A stretch of 19,710 nt of DNA, taken from contig CAYFMJ010000015.1 of assembly GCA_964344235.1 (NCBI GenBank), positions 1-19,710 on the forward strand, read 5' to 3'. Under the pieces are notes generated by a model that was not told the DNA's origin, made no database searches, and saw only the letters and a program-made list of their open reading frames with translations. Source of the DNA: an uncultured Methanosarcinales archaeon. GTDB lineage: Archaea > Nanobdellota > Nanobdellia > Woesearchaeales > GW2011-AR9. Positions 7,503 through 15,313 of this stretch are shown piece after piece. Made by a program: the position numbers and the translations under genes. Position 1 is the first letter of the stretch. The number at the start of each line of letters is the position of its first letter.

Positions 7503-7619
7503 TGCCCCCGCCGGGATTTGAACCCGAGTCACTGCCTTACTTTTCCCTTTCGAGATCGAAAGGGCAGTATGATAGTCCGGATAGTGCTGACCAATAAAGA
7601 TCATCTACACCACAGGGGC
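7503..7619 (-). tRNA. tRNA-Glu(TTC) with two introns (15/16 and 37/38)
   Basis: Spliced 75-mer GCCCCTGTGGTGTAGTCCGGACTATCATACTGCCCTTTCGAGGCAGTGACTCGGGTTCAAATCCCGGCGGGGGCA folds as a cloverleaf. Introns at 7582-7604 (23 nt) and 7538-7556 (19 nt) both form BHB-type motifs. No CCA is encoded. TTTTTAAA lies 24 nt upstream. Confidence 0.95.
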
Positions 7620-7706
7620 TTACTCAAAGCAGATTCTCAACCATTTAAAAAGATTTCTACTGCAACGATCCAAATCTTTATAAAACCAGGACTGTAAAGG
7701 GATTCT

Positions 7707-8048
7707 ATGGAGGGACGGGAGATTTTGGGGTTAGTGGAAGAGATTTCTTTGCTAAACTCAGAAGTAGAAGAACAGGTTACAGCACGTATTGATAGCGGAG
7801 CGATGACATCTTCATTAGATAAAACAATTGTAGAGAAACTAAATTTAGGTCCGATCTTAAGAACGAAAGTTATCAAATCTGCATCGGGAGTTGAGGAACG
7901 ACCAATCATTGCAGCACGTGTAAGGATTAAAGGGAAAATTATGGAAGAAGAGTTTACAGTGGCAGATAGAAACCATATGACGTATCAGGTGTTGATTGGA
8001 CAGAATATTTTGAAAAAAGGAGAATTTTTGATAGACCCATTACGATGA
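7707..8048 (+). CDS. RimK-associated putative protease (retropepsin-like 'ATP-dependent Zn protease' family)
   Basis: ARIDSGAMTSSL, EERPII, FTVADRNHMTYQVLIGQN; overlaps rimK, the usual partner of this family. Confidence 0.85.
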   Translation: MEGREILGLVEEISLLNSEVEEQVTARIDSGAMTSSLDKTIVEKLNLGPILRTKVIKSASGVEERPIIAARVRIKGKIMEEEFTVADRNHMTYQVLIGQNILKKGEFLIDPLR

Positions 8049-9127
8049 AAGCAGCATTGATATCATTAGGAAGTACCAGTTCCATTATGACAGCGGAAGC
8101 GATGAAAAAATATTTCAATGAAGTGGAGATGCTACAGTTAAAAAATATCGAAGTATCATTGGGGAAAGATGGAGGCGTGTATTATGAAGGGAAACCAATT
8201 GACCATTTTGATTGTGTGTATGTGAAAGGATCTTTCCGTTATGCAAATTTGTTACGGTCTGTATCAGCGATGTTAGAAAATAAAGTGCCGTACATGCCAT
8301 TCCCGGCAGCAACGTTCAGTAAGGTGCATAATAAGTTGTTAACACATTTAATTTTACAACAACATGATATTCCGATGCCGAAGACGTTTATTTCTTCAAC
8401 GGTAGAAGCAGCCAAAGATATGTTGAACAAATTGAATTATCCAATTGTGATGAAATTTCCTGAAGGGACTCAGGGTAAAGGAGTGATGTTTGCGGATTCA
8501 CAGAGTTCCGCGGCATCAATGTTAGATGCGTTGGAAGCATTAAACCAACCGTTTATTATTCAAGAATTTATTGATACGGAAGGAACCGATGTACGGGCGT
8601 TAGTGGTAGGAGATAAGGTTGTGGCGTCAATGAAACGGCGAGCGAAAGTTGGGGATTTACGATCAAACACACATAGTGGTGGTTCTGCAGAAGCTGTGCA
8701 GATTGATTGGAAAACACAGGAATTAGCGGTGAAAACGGCGAAAGCGTTACAGGCAGATATTTGTGGAGTGGATTTACTAATTGGGCCGTTAGGTCCGGTT
8801 GTTATTGAAGCAAACATTTCTCCAGGGTTACAGGGCATTAGTTCTGTGTCAACGGTCGATGTAGCTGATGAAATTGCGAAGTTTTTGTATAAGAAAACGG
8901 AAGAAGTTGTGGTGAAGAATAAAAAAGCAGCAGCAGCCGAAGTGATGAAAGATATTGCGTTAGAACAACCACAAGATACGCAAAGTGTGATTACCTCATT
9001 AACTGTCCGCGGACAAAGAATTTTATTACCTGAATTTGTAACAAAGATTTCTGGTTTCTCTGAGAAAGGAGAGTATACCATTAAAGCTGCGAAAGGGAAG
9101 GTTGAGATTGAGAAGTTTGAGATGTGA
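8045..9127 (+). CDS. RimK/LysX-family ATP-grasp alpha-L-glutamate ligase with C-terminal AbrB-like extension
   Basis: NKLLT...IPMPKT, PIVMKFPEGTQGKGV, IIQEFI, DVRALVVG, RSNTHSGG, GVDLL, VIEANISPG. Confidence 0.9.
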   Translation: MKAALISLGSTSSIMTAEAMKKYFNEVEMLQLKNIEVSLGKDGGVYYEGKPIDHFDCVYVKGSFRYANLLRSVSAMLENKVPYMPFPAATFSKVHNKLLTHLILQQHDIPMPKTFISSTVEAAKDMLNKLNYPIVMKFPEGTQGKGVMFADSQSSAASMLDALEALNQPFIIQEFIDTEGTDVRALVVGDKVVASMKRRAKVGDLRSNTHSGGSAEAVQIDWKTQELAVKTAKALQADICGVDLLIGPLGPVVIEANISPGLQGISSVSTVDVADEIAKFLYKKTEEVVVKNKKAAAAEVMKDIALEQPQDTQSVITSLTVRGQRILLPEFVTKISGFSEKGEYTIKAAKGKVEIEKFEM

Positions 9128-9133
9128 TGATAT

Positions 9134-9497
9134 ATGTCCCAAGATAAAAAATATGAAGACCTACCAGATGGAATAAGTGTTGTTGCAATAGGGGGAAGCC
9201 TTCTATTCATATTGGCAACCAGAGTTTGGAAAGGAAGAGCCAGGACATATTGGGTTTATGCATGCCGGTGAGCCCCATGATGGACATTTCGAGTGGGAAG
9301 TGATTGATGATTTTCTTGAGGAGGTTGGGTTGGGTTGCCTTGGTGAATTAATGCGCACAGGATGGGGACATTTTGCAAGGACGAATGAAGGAGCTTTTAG
9401 TAGGGCCGTTCTTTATGGAGTGAGTTTAGAACGAGATTCAAAAATATATAGAGCAATCTTTGGTAAGAGTGAACTTTCCCCGAGATTAAGGTGGTGA
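9134..9497 (+). pseudogene. Frameshifted hypothetical gene (G5 run at 9191-9195)
   Basis: The frame from ATG 9134 (MSQDKKYEDLPDGISVVAIG) joins the +1 frame (EAFYSYWQPEFGKEEPGHIGFMHAGEPHDGHF...) if one G is removed, giving about 120 aa. Confidence 0.55.
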
Positions 9498-9743
9498 TCA
9501 CTTCTTTCTCTTTGGTTTTTTCTTAACAGGTTCAACAGTTTTAGGTTTAAACCAAATCAGGTAGATGATAGGAAGCAAACCCGCAGTGTTCAGAATTAAC
9601 ATCACAATAAACCATGCTTTCTGTTGGTTCTTACCAGCAAACCATAAAGCGATGCCTTTCCATACTAATGTCCAAACAGCAAGGAGAAGAATTCCAGCAG
9701 CTGTCCAAGCAGGTTGTTGGTATAATGTGTATAGGAATGTCAT
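9498..9743 (-). CDS. DUF5652-type small membrane protein
   Basis: WTLVWKGIALWFAGKNQQKAWFIVMLILNTAGLLPIIYLI signature; Lys-rich C-terminus. Confidence 0.8.
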   Translation of the reverse strand: MTFLYTLYQQPAWTAAGILLLAVWTLVWKGIALWFAGKNQQKAWFIVMLILNTAGLLPIIYLIWFKPKTVEPVKKKPKRKK

Positions 9744-9798
9744 GTTGAGATGAATTGTAAATGGTTTTTATGTTTTGTGATGATGAAGAAGCTGTTTT

Positions 9799-9895
9799 AG
9801 AATATGTCCTGCTTGCACGGCACGGTTATGGGGAAAACTTTAGTACGTTAACTTTACATCCCCATGTGCCTCCATTGGCAAAGCGGACATATTCT
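9799..9895. other. 97-nt extended imperfect hairpin in a divergent intergenic region (candidate ncRNA, cis-element or MITE-like element)
   Basis: AGAATATGTCC/GGACATATTCT (11 bp perfect), GCTT/AAGC, GGCAC/GTGCC and ATGGGG/CCCCAT form nested stems. Confidence 0.6.
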
Positions 9896-9949
9896 TTCTC
9901 GTGGAGAACTTTTATAAACGTTGTAAAAATACTATTGTAGAGGTTAACG

Positions 9950-11926
9950 ATGGGTTTGAAAGAGCTATTTAGCACGAAAAAAAGTGGTGAAAAGAGGAAG
10001 TTAGGATTCTATGTTTTGCTGTTTATTACAATCAACTCTATTTTAGGTAGTTCATTATTCTATTTACCGAATTTAGGAGTGATCAGTTCCGGTGCTGCAT
10101 CGATTATTGCGTGGATTGCTATTTTTATTATTGCAGTTGTGATTATGGCGTATATTGGAGAGTTAGTTGTTCTTCATCCATCATCTGGAGGGACGTATGA
10201 GTTCTGTAAACGAGCGTATGGAAGATTTGGTTCTTTCATTGCCGGTTGGTTGATTTGGATTGCAGGGAATTTTGGGATGGCCCTCAACATCGTAGCGGCA
10301 GCACAGTATTTTATTCCAGAGCAGTTAGGGTTGCAGTTGGTGTTTGCAGCAATTTGGATTATTGTGTTGAATTATATGGCGTATAGAAGTATCGATGCGG
10401 GTGCAACGATGTTAGTTGTGTTCGGAGTAATTGCAACGTTTGTGGTGCTGTTAATGACTCTTCCAGCGTTTATTGATATCCGTGCGTTATTTGGTGGAAG
10501 CTTACAGAGTGTGTTCTCATTTGATTTATTGCAACCGTTCTTTAGGCATGAAGGTCTGGGGATTCTTTCATATATGGGTTTATCATTATTGTTAATTAGT
10601 GAAGCGTTTTTAGGGTTTGAAGTTGTAACGTATATGTCGAATGAAGTAAGAAATAAAAGAGAGTTGCCACGAGTATTAGTGTGGGGAACTGTCATTAGTG
10701 GAGTTATTATGAGTATCTATGTGTTTAGTTCTTTGGGAGTTGTGCAGTATCATGATTATGTTAACAATTTACGGCCATTCGCTGTACATGCGTTTAACAC
10801 AATGGGGGCTATTGGGCAAAGTGTTGTGGTGTTTGGGATGTACCTCGTTATCATAGGAGCGGCAGCGGCGTGGCCGATTGCAGGCTCTCGTCTGTTACGG
10901 GCAATGGCAGGAGATAAATTGTTTCTGAAACATTTTGCAGAGTCACACCCAAAACATGGTTCGCCATATAGGGCTGTTATTTTCCAAGCAGTTGCAGTTG
11001 CGTTGTTTGCATGGTTTATCTTTAGAGGATCGATTGTAGGATGGCAAGATTCATATCGATCGATTTATTTGATCTACGTGTTGATTAGTTTAGTAGTGTT
11101 ATCGTTGATTTTATTGAGTGTGCCAATTTTACGGAAGAAAGAAAGTCATTTAAAGCGGGAATACAAAGCGCCACTTGGGTTTGTTGGACCGATTGCGTTA
11201 GTGGTATTATTTATTGTATTAATTGTGAATTGGTTCCTGATTGAAGGTGGTGTCGCAACGGCACTGTTGTTGTTAGCTGGTTCATTTATTATTTTCGGAT
11301 TGCCAGTGTATTTCTTTGTTGAAATGTTGTATAACTCTAAAGCGATTGTGGGAGTGAATAATTGGTTAGCGTATGTTTCTGTCTTCGGAGAAACGATATT
11401 TTTTCCATTTACAATCCGGGGCCGGTTTGTTAGGGAGATGGGAAATTTAACGGGGCATCGAATTTTAGAATACGGCTGTTCCGTTGGTTCTTTGACAAAA
11501 AAGTTGGCGCATAAAGTTGGCTCTCATGGGCGGGTGTATGCCACAGATATTTCTGAACATCGCGTAAAGGTAGCGGGGCAAAGGACAAAGAAGCACCGAC
11601 ACGTAAGTGTGCACCATCACCCCCATTTACATGATTTTAGATTATCCCTCCCTGAGAAAGTTGATCATGTTGTTTCAATCGGGATGTTATCATATATGCA
11701 GAAACCGAAACGAGTATTGAGTAAGATTGCGGAGAACATGGAGAAAGGTGGAGAAGTTATCTTTATTGATTATGATAAATTCTTTTGGTTGATTCCGAAT
11801 GTGAAGTGGGTTGAGAATGATGTGCAGTTGCATAAGATCTTCCATGACGCTGGGTTTGATGTGCAAGTACATCGGAAGAATAGTTTGTTTTGGCAGTATA
11901 TTATTGTGAAAGGGAAGAAGAGATAA
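9950..11926 (+). CDS. APC-superfamily amino acid permease fused to a C-terminal class I SAM-dependent methyltransferase domain
   Basis: TM1 ITINSILGSSLF, SGGTYEFCKRAYGRF, AFLGFE, SRLLRAMAGDKLF, HPKHGSPY, REYKAP. The C-terminus (aa ~500-658) has ILEYGCSVGSLT, VYATDISE and KGGEVIFIDY. TATA box at 9911-9918 and SD-like GAGGT. Confidence 0.9.
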   Translation: MGLKELFSTKKSGEKRKLGFYVLLFITINSILGSSLFYLPNLGVISSGAASIIAWIAIFIIAVVIMAYIGELVVLHPSSGGTYEFCKRAYGRFGSFIAGWLIWIAGNFGMALNIVAAAQYFIPEQLGLQLVFAAIWIIVLNYMAYRSIDAGATMLVVFGVIATFVVLLMTLPAFIDIRALFGGSLQSVFSFDLLQPFFRHEGLGILSYMGLSLLLISEAFLGFEVVTYMSNEVRNKRELPRVLVWGTVISGVIMSIYVFSSLGVVQYHDYVNNLRPFAVHAFNTMGAIGQSVVVFGMYLVIIGAAAAWPIAGSRLLRAMAGDKLFLKHFAESHPKHGSPYRAVIFQAVAVALFAWFIFRGSIVGWQDSYRSIYLIYVLISLVVLSLILLSVPILRKKESHLKREYKAPLGFVGPIALVVLFIVLIVNWFLIEGGVATALLLLAGSFIIFGLPVYFFVEMLYNSKAIVGVNNWLAYVSVFGETIFFPFTIRGRFVREMGNLTGHRILEYGCSVGSLTKKLAHKVGSHGRVYATDISEHRVKVAGQRTKKHRHVSVHHHPHLHDFRLSLPEKVDHVVSIGMLSYMQKPKRVLSKIAENMEKGGEVIFIDYDKFFWLIPNVKWVENDVQLHKIFHDAGFDVQVHRKNSLFWQYIIVKGKKR

Positions 11927-14254
11927 TCACTTCTTCTTACCGTAAATAAAGAGGTCATGTCTGAACGGAAGTTTTTTCTTGACGTAGGTTGCTTTCAGTT
12001 TATGTGATGCAAACATCTTTAACAATTTCTTTCGGTCATTTAACAGAAGAGAATTCGCTGCAACGTTAAATGTGTTCTCTGTGATATAGAAGCAGAATCT
12101 ACCTCCTTTCGGAAGCTGTTTCTGCACTGTTGTAAGAAATTTGTCAATATCATGTATAAAGCCGAGGTCGTTATACGACAAGAATATGGTTGGTTTACCT
12201 GTCTTGGAAGGGAAGGAGCCATGTTTAGAGACAGAAGATACAACGTTCTTATGTTTCACATCTTTCCGTACTGCGGCAACTTCTTCCTTAGAAGTGTTAA
12301 TGTGGTGGATTTTTTTGAACTTAAATTTCTTTGCTAGCACACTTGTTAAAGCACCAACAGGGGAGTTGTAATCAACGATAACATCATCTTTCTTAATTGG
12401 AGAGACATAGGACAACATGCGATTATATTCAATCCGTGGTTGCGGGATTTTGTGGAAGAATACTCTAATGCGAGCTAAAATGTTCTTACGCACTGTAACG
12501 TATTTTGCATCATAGAATAGTTCAATTGCAAAGTAGGCTGGAATACCAAATGCTATCAGTGAAGCGGAGACACGCAGGATGTCGAGAGCACCGTGGGTTT
12601 CGCGAATAAACATGACTAACAGAAACACCATGAAACCAACGATGAAGAATGGGCCAAATTTGCCGAGTGGCGCTCTGAACGCTCTCTTCATATCTGGTTT
12701 CTTGAAACGGAGAATGGCGACGCTTACTAATACAGCTGAGTAGACAACTAAAATTAATGGGATAAGCATGTGAAGTAATGTTTCATATGATCCCGCACCG
12801 ATCCACACGAGAATAGAAACGACAACGGCTTGAAACGCTATTGAGACGTATGGGCTTTTATGTTTTGGGTGGATTTTTGCGAAGTGAACAAAAAATAATT
12901 TATCTTCTGCAATGCTCATTAATAGACGCGGAGCGGTAACAATCCAACCAGCAGTTGCTCCAATAACAGAGACGAAGATCAGTAAGGTGAAGATAATACC
13001 CCCTGCAGAGCCGAAGTAGGTTGATCCTAAATCTCGTAATGGTGCAACAGATTCGGCAAATGTATCCCACGGAATATTACCCATTGCAGTAAATGCTAGC
13101 AAGAATGCCAGAAGAGCAATCACAACCGTTCCCCAGACGAGTGCTTTCGGCATGATTTTCCGAGGGTCTTTGGTTTCAGCAGCAAGGAAGATCGCTGATT
13201 CCCACCCAAAGAACGTTTCTGCGATGAAGAAGATAGCTAGGACGACGCTCATTGTTGGGAACACAAAGAATGGATCAAAGTTTGCAGGGTTTAACGAAAC
13301 GAAACCAGGAATAATAATACCAAGCACTGCAACGAGCGTAATTAATGCAAAGGTAACAAGTACGTAGGTTGAGGTCTGCATGCCACGAAAGGCAACGATG
13401 CTGAATAGGAGAATGAGAGCAATAGCAATGGGGATATAGGTAAAAGCGTATTGAGAGGGGATAAGGTATTGCAGTGCTCCTAATAAAAGCATAGCAATAG
13501 TTACACTACCGGAAATTGCAGTAGTCCAACCAATCACAAATGACCAGAATCTCCCGTAGGTTTGCTTTGCGAATTCATACACGCCACCCGCTTTCGGAAA
13601 CATGGAAACAAGCTCACCGAAACACATGGCAATGTAAATAGCAACAATTGAAAGAAGTCCCCATGAAAGAAGAGAGGCTGGACCCGCATGCTTTGCTCCT
13701 GCTGAGGTTAAGAACCAAATACCTGTTCCCATGATGGAATTAATGGTAATGAGGAGAATAACTTTGAAGCTCAACACGCCTTTGAGTTTTTTTTCGTGCG
13801 GTTGGACTTTGCGGATTTTTCCTTTCTTTACCTGCTTACGAATCCGTAAGAACCGGGGAGCTCTCGCGCCAAACCGTAGAAGTCTTAGGAGTCGGCCATA
13901 GCGAGCAAATCGCGCGAAGCGGGCCACTCTGCTAATGATTCTTACTCCACGAAGCGCTCGAATTAATGTGAGCCCTTCAATCCCAAGGAATATAAGGTTA
14001 AATGGAATTGTTGCGATAATGTCTAAAGAATGTTTCTTTACATAGGGTAGAAAATAGGGATTATCCTGCCACCTAAAATAAAGGTCTGTTGCAAAGATAA
14101 GGATAACATAAAAATCGAAGATGTCAATAAACAACTGTAATGAAGGGACGTTGTAAAATAATTCAATTATTGTGACAATTAAGAGAAGTACTAATGATGG
14201 AGGAATGAGAAACTGAATGAGCTTGTCAAGTCTATTTCGTGGTTTTACAGCCAT
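11927..14254 (-). CDS. Voltage-sensor domain (S1-S4) + APC-superfamily permease + degenerate methyltransferase-fold domain
   Basis: aa 1-140: S2 IFATDLYFRW, S3 LDIIATIPF and an S4 with RxxR repeats, with no pore or TVGYG motif. aa ~155-590: APC core (INSIMGTG, KAGGVYEF, FFGWE, PRLLMSIAEDKLF, RAFRAP). C-terminus: VIVDYNSPVG...PKGGRFCF. Confidence 0.88.
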   Translation of the reverse strand: MAVKPRNRLDKLIQFLIPPSLVLLLIVTIIELFYNVPSLQLFIDIFDFYVILIFATDLYFRWQDNPYFLPYVKKHSLDIIATIPFNLIFLGIEGLTLIRALRGVRIISRVARFARFARYGRLLRLLRFGARAPRFLRIRKQVKKGKIRKVQPHEKKLKGVLSFKVILLITINSIMGTGIWFLTSAGAKHAGPASLLSWGLLSIVAIYIAMCFGELVSMFPKAGGVYEFAKQTYGRFWSFVIGWTTAISGSVTIAMLLLGALQYLIPSQYAFTYIPIAIALILLFSIVAFRGMQTSTYVLVTFALITLVAVLGIIIPGFVSLNPANFDPFFVFPTMSVVLAIFFIAETFFGWESAIFLAAETKDPRKIMPKALVWGTVVIALLAFLLAFTAMGNIPWDTFAESVAPLRDLGSTYFGSAGGIIFTLLIFVSVIGATAGWIVTAPRLLMSIAEDKLFFVHFAKIHPKHKSPYVSIAFQAVVVSILVWIGAGSYETLLHMLIPLILVVYSAVLVSVAILRFKKPDMKRAFRAPLGKFGPFFIVGFMVFLLVMFIRETHGALDILRVSASLIAFGIPAYFAIELFYDAKYVTVRKNILARIRVFFHKIPQPRIEYNRMLSYVSPIKKDDVIVDYNSPVGALTSVLAKKFKFKKIHHINTSKEEVAAVRKDVKHKNVVSSVSKHGSFPSKTGKPTIFLSYNDLGFIHDIDKFLTTVQKQLPKGGRFCFYITENTFNVAANSLLLNDRKKLLKMFASHKLKATYVKKKLPFRHDLFIYGKKK

Positions 14255-14311
14255 ACAATACCTCTTTTTGTCTAGATAGGGAGAAATGTGTTATTAAATG
14301 TTTTGGAAGAG

Positions 14312-15313
14312 CTACTTCTTACGTTTCGGTTTCGCTTTCTTCACGGGTTTCTTAGATTTTCTTGCAGCTGTTTTCTTTGCTGCTCTTTTTGTAGGTTTCT
14401 TTTTAGGGGATGACTTTCTTTTTGCAGTTGGTTTTTTCTTCGGTTTAGTTCGAGATACTTTCTTCTCTAACTTTTTGATTTTCTCTAAATCTTCAATAAT
14501 GTCAGATGCAATAAACGAATATCCTTTCCTCTGTTTCAATAACACATCGCCAACAGCACCGTTGATGAACGCTGCCGCTGCAGCACTTTTGAATAAGTCC
14601 TGTGTTTTTCCTAAGAAACCAACGGCCAAACCTGCAAGAACATCCCCTGTGCCTGCTTTAGTCATGCCCTGATTACCAGTTCGGTTGAATGCAATCTTAT
14701 TACGGGAAATAATAATATCGGTTGGCCCCTTTAGTAGAAGAACGTTGTTGTTCTGAAGGAAGTATCGTAAGTTCCCTTGTAAAATTTCTGCTTTCTCTTT
14801 TGCGTTTGAACTTCGTAATTTAGGCAATAGGAATTCTTTGTGGCTGTTAACAAGCATCATCTCTAATTCTGTTTCATGCGGTGTAATAATGCAGTTGTGA
14901 AAATCTTTAAAGGACATTGATTTTAATGAATCTGCATCGACAACTTTTAACCTCGATGATTTTTTGATAAAGTAGGAGCTAAATTTGTCAGCTTTCCTGG
15001 TGATGCCATTACCAATCAGAACTGCGTCGAATCGGTCAGAATACTTTACCATCTCTTTGGCAAGTTTCACGGTAAATGCATTTTTGATTTTATCTGTGAT
15101 CAAATCAGGAGCATATTTGTTAATGGTCCAGGCAACTTTTTCTGGGGCGGCAATGGTTACAACATCACAGCCAGAACGAAGTGCAGCAAGTCCCGCTAAT
15201 GTAACTGCTCCCACAAATTGTTCAGAACCACCAATCACGAGAACTTTACCATTCTCTCCTTTGCGAGAGGTCTTCTTACGCTCCATCAACTTCTTTACTT
15301 GATTTAAGTTCAT
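14312..15313 (-). CDS. nnrD: ADP/ATP-dependent NAD(P)H-hydrate dehydratase (YjeF C-terminal/CARKD) with a Lys-rich H1-like tail
   Basis: RKGENGKVLVIGGS...GAVTLAGLAALRSG, VVDADSL, IITPHETE, LLKGPTDII, GMTKAGTGDVLAG. The last 50 aa contain 28 K/R and no acidic residue. Confidence 0.92.
   Translation of the reverse strand: MNLNQVKKLMERKKTSRKGENGKVLVIGGSEQFVGAVTLAGLAALRSGCDVVTIAAPEKVAWTINKYAPDLITDKIKNAFTVKLAKEMVKYSDRFDAVLIGNGITRKADKFSSYFIKKSSRLKVVDADSLKSMSFKDFHNCIITPHETELEMMLVNSHKEFLLPKLRSSNAKEKAEILQGNLRYFLQNNNVLLLKGPTDIIISRNKIAFNRTGNQGMTKAGTGDVLAGLAVGFLGKTQDLFKSAAAAAFINGAVGDVLLKQRKGYSFIASDIIEDLEKIKKLEKKVSRTKPKKKPTAKRKSSPKKKPTKRAAKKTAARKSKKPVKKAKPKRKK

Noticed and set aside
7404-7604. 66-aa minus-strand ORF
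   Set aside because: Overlaps the tRNA-Glu gene.
8560-9210. 216-aa minus-strand ORF
   Set aside because: Antisense shadow of the well-supported rimK gene; no motifs.
9777-9786. C-box-like RTGATGA suggesting a C/D guide RNA
   Set aside because: No D box (CTGA) at a suitable distance.
14298-14672. 124-aa hydrophobic plus-strand ORF resembling a membrane protein
   Set aside because: Reverse complement of the Lys-rich NnrD tail (AAA read as TTT gives Phe), hence an artefact.
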